Of a DNA stretch of 59,582 nt, positions 19,746 to 29,989 are shown in pieces (position 1 is the stretch's first letter; every line of letters starts with the position of its first letter). Origin of the DNA: an uncultured Nitrososphaerota archaeon (GTDB lineage Archaea > Thermoproteota > EX4484-205 > JAAOZO01); assembly GCA_964408285.1 (NCBI GenBank), contig CAYOYV010000011.1, forward strand, positions 1-59,582, given 5' to 3'. The translations under genes were made by a program, and so were the position numbers. Below the pieces are notes generated by a model. The model worked only from the letters and a program-made list of their open reading frames with translations, searched no databases and had not been told where the DNA came from.

Positions 19746-22358
19746 TCAAGCCACCGGGCAGTAGCTCCAACCGCAATCAAGACAGCATTTGCATCCAGAT
19801 TCGAATACAAGTCTTGAGCTCCCGCAAGACGGGCACTTGTCGAATATCGAGTTGTTGTGATTTCCCTTGTTGCCTGCCTCGGTGAGAATCTTAGTGGTCG
19901 GTTGAGGCTTGCTAGCGGTTCCGGATTGTGATGGTGTTATGCCGAGGAGCTGAATCATCACTTCTAGAGTTCTATTCTTGACCAATGTGTAGTATTGGCC
20001 CTTCCTAGAGGACGGCGTAACGAGAACCTGAGTCGGCAGTGATCCCTCTCTATATATAGTGATTCCCTTGATTCCTAACTTGTGAGCGAATAGATAAGAG
20101 TAAAGGACATCTTCTTGCTTCGCCCAGGAGGGCATATTGATGGTCTTGCTTGTTGCAGCTGCTACCCATCTTGCGAAACATGACTGAGCTCTCACATGAT
20201 CCCACCAAGGAATATCCAATGCGGTCTGGTATACTTCCCTCATTTTATCCGGGATTCCCTCTAATCCCTGCAGGCTTCCTCCATTGTCGCTTATCTGCTT
20301 CAGAACCATTTCACTGTAGAGCCCGGATTCCTTGAGTTGCCTTTCCAGTTCTCCGTCAGTGTAGAAGAAGGTGCCTGCTGTGACCCGCTTCTCATATACA
20401 AGGGCGAACTGGGGTTCGATGCCTGCCGAGGTATCCAGTATCATTGATATGGAACCAGTCGGGGCTATTGTGGACATTTCAGCGTTTCTGATGCCATCTA
20501 CTTTGATTTTTCCCGCAAGCTTGTCCCAATCTTGGGTCCATTCATCCCTATGGTAGTAACCTTCCGCCGGGAACTCCCCCATCGGATAGCTGGATTTGGC
20601 ATAGAGAGGGAACGCCCCCCTTTCCTTGGACAGATTGGCGGACTCCCACATTGACCAATAGGTGAGGAATTCAGCTACTCTGTTCATGAAGTAGAAGCTT
20701 TCCTCGCTATTATAGGGCATCCCAAGAGCAAATAGAGTGTTTGCCAAGCCCATAACGCCCAAACCGACTTTTCTGGTTGCCTTCGTGTGTTCCTCTATCT
20801 CCGGGAGAGGGAATTTGTTGATGTCCAGAACGTTGTCTAGGAATCTGAGAGCAATCAGTATTGTCTTGGCAAGTTCCTCCCAATCGAACCGAACCTTTTC
20901 CCCCTCCGTTTCCACAAAAGCATGGAGGTCTATAGATCCTAGATTGCATGACTCATATGGATACAGTGGCTCCTCCCCACATGGATTCGTGCTCCAGATT
21001 GGTCCCAAGCAATCCTTGAGCGTGTTCCTCCTGTTGATGTTGTCGAATAGAACCACTCCCGGGTCTCCCGTTTCCCACGCGAACTTCGAGATTATATCTA
21101 TCAGCTTCCTCGCATTGGTCTTGTCCCAAACTTGCCCTGTCCTAGGGTTCATGAGGGGCAACGGTTCATTCCTATCATAGCAATCCCAGAATTTGTCTGT
21201 CAACATCACAGAGATGTTGAAGTTCTGGAACTGCCCTCCTCCAGATTTGCAGGAGATGAACCTCTCTATGTCCGGATGGTCAACGTTAAGAATTCCCATG
21301 TTCGCTCCTCTCCTCTTTCCGCCCTGTTTGACCACGTCCGTGACAACATCGATTATCTTCATGAAGGATACTGGACCACTTGCAACGCCAGAAGTAGTTA
21401 GAACAGCTTCGCCTGCAGGCCTTAGCTTGGAATAGTTGATTCCTATTCCTCCTCCGGATTTGAAGATGACAGCAGCATCCTTTGCCGCCTTCATTATCGA
21501 TTCAATATTGTCCTCTATGTCAAGGACGAAGCATGCTGAAAGCTGCCCGAGCTTTGCTCCAGCATTGAAGAGGGTGGGAGAATTCGGCATGAATTTCTTT
21601 TGAACCATTGATTGGTAATATTCATTGTACGCCCTCAGATATCGGTCGAACTCTCCAGACACAATGCGTTGCCAGAACTCAGACCAAGAAATCTTTGCTT
21701 GTCCAAGTTCGTTCAACTCCTCATAGAGGACTCTCATCCTTTCAAGATGATGCTCATTCCAGACAAATGCGAATTCACCGTTTGGTCCTCTTAGTCCAAT
21801 CTGGTCTTTCATTGACGATGGGTCAAACGCCTCGCTTTCCTTTCTGGTTTGCTTTGCATCTCTATCGAATATGAGATCATCATGGAGTATATCGGGTATA
21901 ACAACAAGGGCGGCCACTCTCTGGAGCAGTTGCTTTGGGCCTTCCGTGAAATTCCCATTAGCATCCTTCAAAAGATATCTTGTCGCAAGGAGCCTAAGCG
22001 CGTTTGTTGAGAAGGCTTTATCGACTTCATCAAGATATTCCTTTTTCAGAATGGCCCTTTTCTCATCCCTTATCCTTTCTCTCTCCTTCCTGTACAATAT
22101 GTAGGATTTGGCCACATTGAACAGGTCTTGCTTCATGAGTTCCAGTTCGACGATGTCTTGTATTTGTTCTACTGATGGTGTCTTATCTTCCGAGTAGATT
22201 GCGTCTATCGCCTTCTGCACTCCTTTCATGACCTTCCGAAGTTTGTCTTCATCTGCTTTGCCGATGGAAAGCATTGATTTCCTGATTGCTTTCTCGATCC
22301 TCTGTTGATCGAAATCAACGACCCTACCGTCCCGTTTAATGACTTTCTTGTCGGACAC
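19746..22358 (-). CDS. nrdJ: Class II (adenosylcobalamin-dependent) ribonucleotide reductase with ATP cone
   Basis: VIKRDGR ATP cone, PNSPTLFNAG, LSACF, TNPCGEEPL, IAPTGSIS and C-terminal Cys cluster. Confidence 0.96.
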   Translation of the reverse strand: MSDKKVIKRDGRVVDFDQQRIEKAIRKSMLSIGKADEDKLRKVMKGVQKAIDAIYSEDKTPSVEQIQDIVELELMKQDLFNVAKSYILYRKERERIRDEKRAILKKEYLDEVDKAFSTNALRLLATRYLLKDANGNFTEGPKQLLQRVAALVVIPDILHDDLIFDRDAKQTRKESEAFDPSSMKDQIGLRGPNGEFAFVWNEHHLERMRVLYEELNELGQAKISWSEFWQRIVSGEFDRYLRAYNEYYQSMVQKKFMPNSPTLFNAGAKLGQLSACFVLDIEDNIESIMKAAKDAAVIFKSGGGIGINYSKLRPAGEAVLTTSGVASGPVSFMKIIDVVTDVVKQGGKRRGANMGILNVDHPDIERFISCKSGGGQFQNFNISVMLTDKFWDCYDRNEPLPLMNPRTGQVWDKTNARKLIDIISKFAWETGDPGVVLFDNINRRNTLKDCLGPIWSTNPCGEEPLYPYESCNLGSIDLHAFVETEGEKVRFDWEELAKTILIALRFLDNVLDINKFPLPEIEEHTKATRKVGLGVMGLANTLFALGMPYNSEESFYFMNRVAEFLTYWSMWESANLSKERGAFPLYAKSSYPMGEFPAEGYYHRDEWTQDWDKLAGKIKVDGIRNAEMSTIAPTGSISMILDTSAGIEPQFALVYEKRVTAGTFFYTDGELERQLKESGLYSEMVLKQISDNGGSLQGLEGIPDKMREVYQTALDIPWWDHVRAQSCFARWVAAATSKTINMPSWAKQEDVLYSYLFAHKLGIKGITIYREGSLPTQVLVTPSSRKGQYYTLVKNRTLEVMIQLLGITPSQSGTASKPQPTTKILTEAGNKGNHNNSIFDKCPSCGSSRLVFESGCKCCLDCGWSYCPVA

Positions 22359-22731
22359 GTCCCCTGCTCCTCCTTAGGCATCGTATGGGGGTTGGGTACG
22401 GTATTTAAGACATACAAGTTGTCTCTCATTCGTAACAATCGCGTTCGACGAGGTCTATCAATGCTCATCGTTCATCTTTCATTGGGAATCAAGAGGATTC
22501 TGCCACTCGGCTTCAGAAAGCCGAGAAAAATGCGCTTCCCAATATCGAGCCTAACTTCAGAAATGTAGAGTATCAATCGGCCTTTCAGACTATTAGGCAA
22601 CGGTCGGACTGCTGTCGGATTCGATATGTGGATTCTTACACCTAAGTCGTTGTTCGTACCCGAGTCCCGGTTCAGAACGAAGGAATGATCATAAGAAAAG
22701 ATATTAAGGTCATAGAGAATTCGGACGATGA

Positions 22732-22847
22732 GGGGGCGTAGTCTAGTTTGGTCTAGGATTCCAGCCTGGGGCGCTGGACAAAAACGTCCAACTCAACTGG
22801 CGATCCCGGGTTCAATGGCTCGAGCCGAACAAATCCCGGCGCCCCCA
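22732..22847 (+). tRNA. tRNA-Pro(GGG) with two non-canonical introns (22774-22796, about 39/40; 22816-22832, 58/59)
   Basis: Removing both segments gives a full cloverleaf GGGGGCG...CCAGC-CT-GGG-GC-GCTGG...CCGGG-TTCAAAT-CCCGG-CGCCCCC-A. The second intron forms a strict BHB. CCA is not encoded. Confidence 0.92.
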
Positions 22848-22850
22848 CTC

Positions 22851-23630
22851 CTATTCAGGCTGACAGCATTTCCTGCCAACAAGAAGCGCGTAGCCCACAT
22901 ATTCCAGATACTTGCGCCAAGCCCAAAGCATTTCCGTGTTCAAAAACGGGCCACTCATCGACGGATTGGATATTCCTCGCAGGAGCGCTGAGACATACTT
23001 CCTGAACCCATCCACTCGTATATGACTGGCCAACTGATCCTTGATGCTGATTGGGTGCAATGTTGAATGAACCTCCACGAATCCTGCTTCTTTCATAGCC
23101 GCAATCCACTCATCCTGGCTCAGGAATCTAATATTCCCACCGAATGGTGACCTAGAAAGTAGCGAAGCCAATCCGGGAGGAGGAGGCCTTAGATAGGTCA
23201 TTTCATTGCCCCCAAATATGCCCCCGTACTTCAAAACCCGGTAGATCTCCCTCATCGCCTTGCTAAGCTCACAATGAACAAGGAGGGACTCCGTCATCAC
23301 AATGTCGAAAGTGCCATCCGGAAACGGCATGGCTTCCACATTAGCCTCCCTTATTTCTATCCTTTCGGCAAGATTCTTCGCTTCTACCCTCTTCCTTGCC
23401 AACTCCAAGACCTTCGGGCTTATGTCAGCGGCAACGACCTTGGCCCGATATTCATCTGCAAGAAGGCAGGCAGTGTATCCAGTCCCGCAGCCTATATCTA
23501 GGACATATTTGCCAGGGGCTAAGTGGCACGATCTAAGAAGCTGGCGACTTGCCTCTATGCCCCCGAGATGCTCGGTGGTTCCCAGTTGTTCCCAGATCTC
23601 GGATATCTCAAACTGAAGGCCAGAGGACAT
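22851..23630 (-). CDS. Class I SAM-dependent methyltransferase
   Basis: HLGG, VLDIGCGTG and MPFPDGTFD motifs. Confidence 0.88.
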   Translation of the reverse strand: MSSGLQFEISEIWEQLGTTEHLGGIEASRQLLRSCHLAPGKYVLDIGCGTGYTACLLADEYRAKVVAADISPKVLELARKRVEAKNLAERIEIREANVEAMPFPDGTFDIVMTESLLVHCELSKAMREIYRVLKYGGIFGGNEMTYLRPPPPGLASLLSRSPFGGNIRFLSQDEWIAAMKEAGFVEVHSTLHPISIKDQLASHIRVDGFRKYVSALLRGISNPSMSGPFLNTEMLWAWRKYLEYVGYALLVGRKCCQPE

Positions 23631-23793
23631 CCCAGAAGACTTCTTTGGGGGATTGCCCCTACAAGCAATATTATAACCATGTCCCCGTCGATCGTGTTAG
23701 ATCCAGTGCCATTCCAGAAGCCTCGAAACGAGCCAAACCAGATATCAGGACAAAACAAAACGCTTAAGTGCGGTCCGGTCTCGGATATCGCTG

Positions 23794-24006
23794 ATGTCGG
23801 TCAAGAAATATTGTCCCGAGTGTGGCGGGGACCTGGACTACGACTCATCCATGAAGCTATATACCTGCAAGAGGTGCGGAAGGATGTACACCTCTGACCA
23901 ACTCATCGAGAGCCGACATGAGGTCTTGGATTCACTCTCCGAAGAGGACAAAGTAAAAAGGAAAAGGAAGGAAATGCTGAAGTGGTGGCTCACTGAGAAG
24001 AAGTGA
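23794..24006 (+). CDS. Small zinc-ribbon protein
   Basis: CPECGG...CKRCG followed by a basic helix ending WWL; TATA-like CTTAAG about 30 nt upstream. Confidence 0.75.
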   Translation: MSVKKYCPECGGDLDYDSSMKLYTCKRCGRMYTSDQLIESRHEVLDSLSEEDKVKRKRKEMLKWWLTEKK

Positions 24007-24155
24007 GTCCCGGTTAGCGATTCCACGCTATTCCGTGAGCTTCGCATAGAAAGATCGCTGATCGAAAACGGATGGCGTAACTAGCATTTTGGTTGAACCG
24101 ACACGACATTGAAAAATGGATCTGATCTGAGATATTTGAAAGGATCAAAGTGGGA

Positions 24156-25052
24156 TCACCGATGGGCAAGCCCTACGACCTCGCTGACCTTCATTCCCTG
24201 TCTATGGAGATAGTGAGCCAGTTGCTCTGCGAATTCCCTGAATATGTCCATCCTCATCTCTCCCAATGCAGAACCAATCTGAACTGCACTAGCTCCTGCC
24301 AACATAAGCTCCACCGCATCCTCCCAAGAGATCACCCCCCCAACGCCCACGATGGGTTTCCGAGTAATTTCGTAGAGGTCATACACAAGGGCGACCACAA
24401 TAGGATGCAGTCCCGCCCCTGATAGTCCACCGAACCCGTTCGACAACACCGGGGCCGAAGCCCAAACATCAATTGCCATTGCCCTAGCTGTATTTGCGAT
24501 CACGTATCCTTCAACTAAACCATCCAACTTCTCAACAAAATCAGTGATTGCGTTCCTTACAGGCTGCAGCTTGGGAAATAGTGGCTTATTCGTTTTTCTC
24601 CGGATTGACCTGACTATGGCTTCGGTGAGTTCGAGATCCGATCCAACTTCAGCTCCGAGCTTGGATGAGTGCGGGCAGGAGAGGTTCAATTCGAAAATAT
24701 CGGATACTTCGTCCAATTCGCTCACCATCTCGTCTGCCTCGAGGGATGTGCTTGGTGCAATGCTGGTCACGATGGGCGCTCCAATCGTTCGAAGCTCCTT
24801 CAACTCGCGGGCAACCTCCTTATACCCGGGATTTGGAAGGCCCATTGAGTTTATGCAACCTGCCCTAAGCTTGACATAAACGGGATTGTCATGGCCTTCC
24901 CTTGGAAAGTATGTGCAGGATTTGGTCACGATTGCTCCTGCTCCTCCTTCATAGAACCTCCTCAACAGGGATGCCGAAACTCCTCCAATACCGGAGGCGT
25001 TCATGAACGGGTTCCTCATCCTCTTTCCAGCAAGGCTGATGCTCAATTCCAT
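24156..25052 (-). CDS. pyrD: Dihydroorotate dehydrogenase 1B catalytic subunit
   Basis: NASG, NSMGLPNPG, ELNLSCPH and GGLSG. Confidence 0.95.
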   Translation of the reverse strand: MELSISLAGKRMRNPFMNASGIGGVSASLLRRFYEGGAGAIVTKSCTYFPREGHDNPVYVKLRAGCINSMGLPNPGYKEVARELKELRTIGAPIVTSIAPSTSLEADEMVSELDEVSDIFELNLSCPHSSKLGAEVGSDLELTEAIVRSIRRKTNKPLFPKLQPVRNAITDFVEKLDGLVEGYVIANTARAMAIDVWASAPVLSNGFGGLSGAGLHPIVVALVYDLYEITRKPIVGVGGVISWEDAVELMLAGASAVQIGSALGEMRMDIFREFAEQLAHYLHRQGMKVSEVVGLAHR

Positions 25053-26341
25053 GTTCTTCCTATCACCTCCCCATTCGGCGTTTCAGACGGCTGCCCTTCT
25101 CCAAAAGCCCACTTGCCTCCTACCATAGTCGCTAGGACCCGACCTCGAAGCTCCTTGCCTTCAAATGGAGAGAATTTTGCTTTGGACTGGAATTCCGAGG
25201 GCCTCACCTTCCATCTAGTCTCTGGATCCACTATTGCTAGGTCAGCATCCATTCCGATTGCTATCGAGCCTTTACCCTTCAATCCGAATCCCAAGGATGG
25301 CTTTGATGTGAGATCCTTAATAACGTCATCCATGATCAGCTCACCTTTTCCGGATAGGTCACATAGGACCGCGAATGCGGTCTCCAGTCCAGGGAAACCC
25401 GAGGGGATGTCGTCATACATCTCATTTCTCTTCTCCTCAAGGAGATGAGGGGCATGGTCACTCACTATCGCGAGCGGAGCGCCTTTGTTCACTGCCATTC
25501 TCAATGCAATGACATCCCGCTGAGATCGCAGTGGCGGATTCACTTTAGCTATTCCTCCGTGCTGATCAATGGCTGCCCCACTCAAAGCCAGATGGTGCAC
25601 AGTCACTTCAAACGTAACTTGCCTGGTACCAGTAAGTGCTCTGATCCCCTCTGATGTCGTCACATGTGCCATGTGCAACCTTCCTCCTTTCAGCAGATGG
25701 AATGCTTTTGACACAGCTGCTATCTCTGCTTCTGGGCTCCTTATGCCGCCATGCTTGCTTGCACCTTTGAGTTTTGTATCGAGCAACTTCCTGTTACGAC
25801 TTATCATATCCAGATCCTCAGCATGTAGATAAACTTGGAAGTCACCGGATGCCAAAGTCTCAATCCAATCTTGCCTTTTCTCGATTCTTGAGAAGTCCTC
25901 AGGATATAATTTCGCTGAGAAGCCTCCGGCATCAAGTGCGTCACCTAGATCGCTGGGTGATTGTGCTAGACCGATGTGGAATCCGATGTCACACCAGACC
26001 CCATCTGCTGCCTTGGATTTCGCCTCCCTTAGCATTCGGACGTTTGTTATTGGCGGCACTGTATTAGGCATGCAAAGCACTGTGGAAAATCCTCCAGCTA
26101 CTGCAGCCTTGGTGCCGGACTTGAAATCCTCCTTTTTGCATTCCTCGAAATCTCTAAGATGAACATGGATATCGACAAGGCCCGGGAGAATCCATCTGTT
26201 TCCGAAATCGGAAAATGAGATCCGCTGTGGCACTTCGCTTCTCGGGACTATGTCAACTATCTTGTCCCCTTCGATCAGGATCGCGCAGCTCTCGAATCCG
26301 TCCTTGATCCAGGCTTTTCCGCCTATTGCCAGATCCACCAT
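25043..26341 (-). CDS. pyrC: Dihydroorotase
   Basis: PGLVDIHVHLR, MPNTVPP, KVNPPLR and SDHAPH. ATG 26341 overlaps the pyrK stop (TAATG). Confidence 0.93.
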   Translation of the reverse strand: MVDLAIGGKAWIKDGFESCAILIEGDKIVDIVPRSEVPQRISFSDFGNRWILPGLVDIHVHLRDFEECKKEDFKSGTKAAVAGGFSTVLCMPNTVPPITNVRMLREAKSKAADGVWCDIGFHIGLAQSPSDLGDALDAGGFSAKLYPEDFSRIEKRQDWIETLASGDFQVYLHAEDLDMISRNRKLLDTKLKGASKHGGIRSPEAEIAAVSKAFHLLKGGRLHMAHVTTSEGIRALTGTRQVTFEVTVHHLALSGAAIDQHGGIAKVNPPLRSQRDVIALRMAVNKGAPLAIVSDHAPHLLEEKRNEMYDDIPSGFPGLETAFAVLCDLSGKGELIMDDVIKDLTSKPSLGFGLKGKGSIAIGMDADLAIVDPETRWKVRPSEFQSKAKFSPFEGKELRGRVLATMVGGKWAFGEGQPSETPNGEVIGRTWN

Positions 26342-27147
26342 TACGGTATGGGCACCTTCCTCCCATAGCCGTCCCTCATCGTCGAACCGAACTCTGTCTT
26401 GAGCAATATGCTTCCTGGGAGGACAGTTCCTTCTTTGCATGTCAGGACTCCCAAAGGATCAAGGACACAAGATCCACATACTCCCTCTCCGCATTTGACT
26501 ATCCTAACAATAGAGGCCTCGCAGTACAACCCGTGTCTGGCCGCGATCTTCAGTGCTTCCTTCATCATTTTCTCTGGACCAGTGGTCAGCAATACCCTGG
26601 CCCTTTTCTCAACTATTAGTTCCTCGGCCAGATCGGTCACAATCCCTCTCCGTCCGAAAGAACCGTCCTCGGTTGTAAATCCGATAGAGTCTGCAGTCGA
26701 TCTCAGCTCCTCGACGTAATAGATCCGGTCCTTTGAAGCTCCTCCGCATATCATGTGGACCTCTTTGCCTTTTTGTCTGAGTTCACTCAAGGCCATGAAC
26801 AAAGGGGCAATGCCCGTTCCCCCGGCGATAAGCACATAGGGACCATCAAGATCGGTGTTGAAGCTTGAGCCAAAAGGCCCTCTGATGAACGATATTTCTC
26901 CAATTGCTGATCTGACAATTGCAGAGCTTGTCGGGCCGACATCCTCAACCAAGAATTCGACAAGTCCCTCGCCACACTTCGAGGGGCTGAGAGGGATCTC
27001 CCCCCTGGTCGGTAGCCATAGCATGAGGTATTGTCCGGGCCTGCATCGGATGTCCTCTTCGATGCGATACAGTTTCGAGCGGACTCTTTCATTGAACTCT
27101 TGATCTTTCTTTAGGGTCGCCCTGTGGTAATAATGGTGGGCATGCAT
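26341..27147 (-). CDS. pyrK: Dihydroorotate dehydrogenase electron transfer subunit
   Basis: RGPFG, AGGTGIAP and CGEGVCGSC...C 2Fe-2S motif. Confidence 0.93.
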   Translation of the reverse strand: MHAHHYYHRATLKKDQEFNERVRSKLYRIEEDIRCRPGQYLMLWLPTRGEIPLSPSKCGEGLVEFLVEDVGPTSSAIVRSAIGEISFIRGPFGSSFNTDLDGPYVLIAGGTGIAPLFMALSELRQKGKEVHMICGGASKDRIYYVEELRSTADSIGFTTEDGSFGRRGIVTDLAEELIVEKRARVLLTTGPEKMMKEALKIAARHGLYCEASIVRIVKCGEGVCGSCVLDPLGVLTCKEGTVLPGSILLKTEFGSTMRDGYGRKVPIP

Positions 27148-27633
27148 CTACTTACCCACCAGATGCGTTATTATCTCCTCGCCCTGCATTTTGCCGCCAC
27201 AATATATACACCGTAAGATTACTGGTTTGCCGGATATTACCTCGAGCTTGGGAATTATCGGCTCTTGCTCAGAATTCGAGATGCAAGTTGGATTCCCGCA
27301 CTTCACAAGTCCTTCGACAACCTTTGGTGGATACAATTTCACCTTCCTAATCACACTGTAGTCAGAAACTATGTTGAGAGAAGCCTCCGGCGCCACGAGC
27401 GAAATGAGCTGGGCTTCCTTTGGATCGACCTCCCTTCCCTCAATCTTCAGCAAATCCTTCTTCCCTAATCTCTTACTCTCGACATTCATCAGGATCGCCA
27501 TGACATTTCCTCCTTCCCCAGTCAAGCCCAATATCCTAAGCACATGAAATGCCCTTCCGCGAGGAATGTGGTCTATCACAGTTCCATTCGCAATCTTCGC
27601 AACTCTCAGCTCATCCTTTTCCATGATCTTCAA
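27148..27633 (-). CDS. pyrI: Aspartate carbamoyltransferase regulatory subunit
   Basis: IANGTVIDHI, KKDLLKIE and CGNPTC...CIYC. Confidence 0.96.
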   Translation of the reverse strand: MKIMEKDELRVAKIANGTVIDHIPRGRAFHVLRILGLTGEGGNVMAILMNVESKRLGKKDLLKIEGREVDPKEAQLISLVAPEASLNIVSDYSVIRKVKLYPPKVVEGLVKCGNPTCISNSEQEPIIPKLEVISGKPVILRCIYCGGKMQGEEIITHLVGK

Positions 27634-28547
27634 CCTCCCAGGATGGATTCGAGAATTGCCATCCTCACGTGAAGGCCCCTCCTTGCCTGCTCGAAATATC
27701 TAGCTTGTCTGTATTTGTCCACCGTGACACCAAGCTCATCAACCCTAGGAAGGGGGTGGAGTATTATCGAATCAGGCTTCATCTTCTTCACCACGTCATC
27801 GTTGATTATGTATGAGTTCTTGACCCTTTCGTATTCACCAAGATCAGAATATCGTTCCTTCTGTACCCTGGTGACGTATAGCACATCAGCATTTTCGACA
27901 ACTCCAAGAAGAGAATCCCTCTCTTCAAATCCTACCTTAGCTGCATTGAGCCTGTCCTTCACCTCAGGTCTTACTCTGAGGGGTTCGGGCGCAATGAGAT
28001 AGATCTTCTTCACATCGAACAGACTCAGGCCCAAGAGCAGGGATGCAGAAGCGCGCGCATGTCTAATGTCTCCAACAACTGCAATAGTGAGTCCATCGAT
28101 CTTGCCGAACTCCCTCTGTATCTCATAGAGATCGATCATTGTCTGTGTTGGATGGTCTTTCATTCCCTCTCCAGCATTGATCACCGGATGGGTGCAAACA
28201 TCGGCCGCAAATCTCGAGGCTCCTTCCAGCCAATGACGTATGACAATCACATCTGAGTAGAAATCGAGCATTTTGACGGTATCAGCTAGGTTTTCACCCT
28301 TAGTAACGGAAGACGCCTTCATTTCTCCAAGATCCATTACCTTGCCGCCTAATCTCATCATAGCAGCTTCGAAGCTCATCCTAGTTCTAGTGCTCGGTTC
28401 AAAAAAAGCCAAAGACATCAATCCGTTTTTCAGGGCTTCGGAACCTTCCTTCCTTCCTTCCTCAAAGCCCATAGTCTCGCGAAAGAGTCCGTCCAGTTCC
28501 TCTCTTGTGAAATCCAATATGTCCAGAATGTCTCTTCCCTTCCACAT
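27630..28547 (-). CDS. pyrB: Aspartate carbamoyltransferase catalytic subunit
   Basis: FEPSTRTR, HPTQT, RVQKER and HPLPR. Start at ATG 28547 inferred. Confidence 0.96.
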   Translation of the reverse strand: MWKGRDILDILDFTREELDGLFRETMGFEEGRKEGSEALKNGLMSLAFFEPSTRTRMSFEAAMMRLGGKVMDLGEMKASSVTKGENLADTVKMLDFYSDVIVIRHWLEGASRFAADVCTHPVINAGEGMKDHPTQTMIDLYEIQREFGKIDGLTIAVVGDIRHARASASLLLGLSLFDVKKIYLIAPEPLRVRPEVKDRLNAAKVGFEERDSLLGVVENADVLYVTRVQKERYSDLGEYERVKNSYIINDDVVKKMKPDSIILHPLPRVDELGVTVDKYRQARYFEQARRGLHVRMAILESILGG

Positions 28548-28578
28548 TTCCAACCCTCTTGAGAGTGAGGCTAAGAAA

Positions 28579-29187
28579 TTAAACACTTGCACCTGCAGCC
28601 CTGAGATAGCTCAGGACTGACTCAAGCTGATTTGCAGTCATCAATCCCCTTGAATTGAGTTCGTTGATTGCTTCAACTATGGTTGTCGAGGCCGAAAGCA
28701 TCACGCCTTCTGCCGAGAGATTTTCGCGTCCCCCTTCCATCCTATCGAAAAGAACCGAAGCAGAATCTACAAAGGCTCCCGTGTCTCTTAGCGATTTCAC
28801 TACGTGTAGGATACTGCCTGCCGTTGTGAGTACGTCATCGACGATCATGAATCTATCACCCGCATTGATCGTGCCCTCGACCAATCCACCCGTTCCATGT
28901 TCCTTTCTCTGCTTTCTCACGTAAATGAATGGCTTGCCGATCTTCAGAGCTAAGGCCGCACCCAAGGCGATTCCAGCCAACTCCGGCGAGGCAATTCCAA
29001 ATGTTCCGCCAGATCGAATGGACAACATCGCCTCAAATTCAGATATCGCAAGCGAGAACAGCCTTGGATTCGAAGGCAGAGGTCTAAGATCTATATAATA
29101 TGGGCTTTCCCTTCCGGAGGCAAGAGAGAACCTGCCAAACTTCATCATCCCGCTCCTCCAAAGCCCTTCAAGCAATTCCCACTTCAT
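28579..29187 (-). CDS. pyrE: Orotate phosphoribosyltransferase
   Basis: FSLASGRESPYYIDLR, RKQRKEHG and VDDVLTT. Confidence 0.95.
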   Translation of the reverse strand: MKWELLEGLWRSGMMKFGRFSLASGRESPYYIDLRPLPSNPRLFSLAISEFEAMLSIRSGGTFGIASPELAGIALGAALALKIGKPFIYVRKQRKEHGTGGLVEGTINAGDRFMIVDDVLTTAGSILHVVKSLRDTGAFVDSASVLFDRMEGGRENLSAEGVMLSASTTIVEAINELNSRGLMTANQLESVLSYLRAAGASV

Positions 29188-29906
29188 CTCGCCATCGCCT
29201 CTCTCTGCAATCTGACAATCGATTCCGCACTCGACACAGGATCTGTGCTCTCATAGATTGCCCTGCCCACTATCTCATAGTCCGCCCCGCTTGACAGGGC
29301 TGATCCGGGTGACGCTCCTTGGGCTCCTACTCCCGGAGAGAATATCTTCATGATTGGTGGAATCTCAGACCTGATTTTCTCTATCACCTCAGGTCTTGTT
29401 GCAGGAGCAACAAAGCCGGATGGTCCTGCTTTGAGGGCTTCCCTTAGGATCCCCTCGACAAGGTTGTCCATCATGGCCATGGCCCCTTTGTTCGACATGC
29501 TCAGCAGGATAATGAGCCCCTTGTCCTTAAGATGAGCAACATGAGATAGACCATCGAGGCCGCCTTCATATCCCATGAAGCCATGGGCTATGACCGCGTC
29601 AAATCCATTCGAGTACAATATTTCGCCTATCAGGGCATTTACGTGGGAGACGTCAGCTATCTTCGCATCAGCGATAAAGCAGACCTCATGCGAGAATTCC
29701 GCTATGAATCCGGCCACGTTCTGTGCTTGATTCGAAAGTATTGTCGGATATCCGATTTTCACTCCAACCAGATGCTCTTTGAGACCCTTCACCAAACTCT
29801 TGCTTCTGAGTAGGCCTTCTGAACCTAGAAGGTCCAATGCCAATATCAGCCTGGAGTTCCTTTCCTTGGCCAGATCCTGAATCTTTCTTCCGAAATCACT
29901 GTCCAT
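29184..29906 (-). CDS. pyrF: Orotidine-5'-phosphate decarboxylase
   Basis: LILALD, DAKIAD, SPGVGAQG and IVGRAIY. Confidence 0.95.
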   Translation of the reverse strand: MDSDFGRKIQDLAKERNSRLILALDLLGSEGLLRSKSLVKGLKEHLVGVKIGYPTILSNQAQNVAGFIAEFSHEVCFIADAKIADVSHVNALIGEILYSNGFDAVIAHGFMGYEGGLDGLSHVAHLKDKGLIILLSMSNKGAMAMMDNLVEGILREALKAGPSGFVAPATRPEVIEKIRSEIPPIMKIFSPGVGAQGASPGSALSSGADYEIVGRAIYESTDPVSSAESIVRLQREAMAR

Positions 29907-29989
29907 TTATTCCCTTGCACATGATTCTAATGGAAATAATAACGTTTAAGTAGTGTCCAATCGGTCTGGCAACTATTGAAAGCGATTAG

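Noticed and set aside
22359-22700. Cobalamin riboswitch upstream of nrdJ
   Set aside because: No B12-box motifs; a TATA-like site lies about 50 nt from the start. Only one isolated hairpin near 22507-22526.
22728-22991. 87-aa plus-strand ORF
   Set aside because: Overlaps the tRNA-Pro gene and the antisense methyltransferase.
22847-23700. Integrated element at tRNA-Pro (likewise downstream of tRNA-Gln)
   Set aside because: No integrase and no duplicated tRNA 3' end seen; single accessory genes only.
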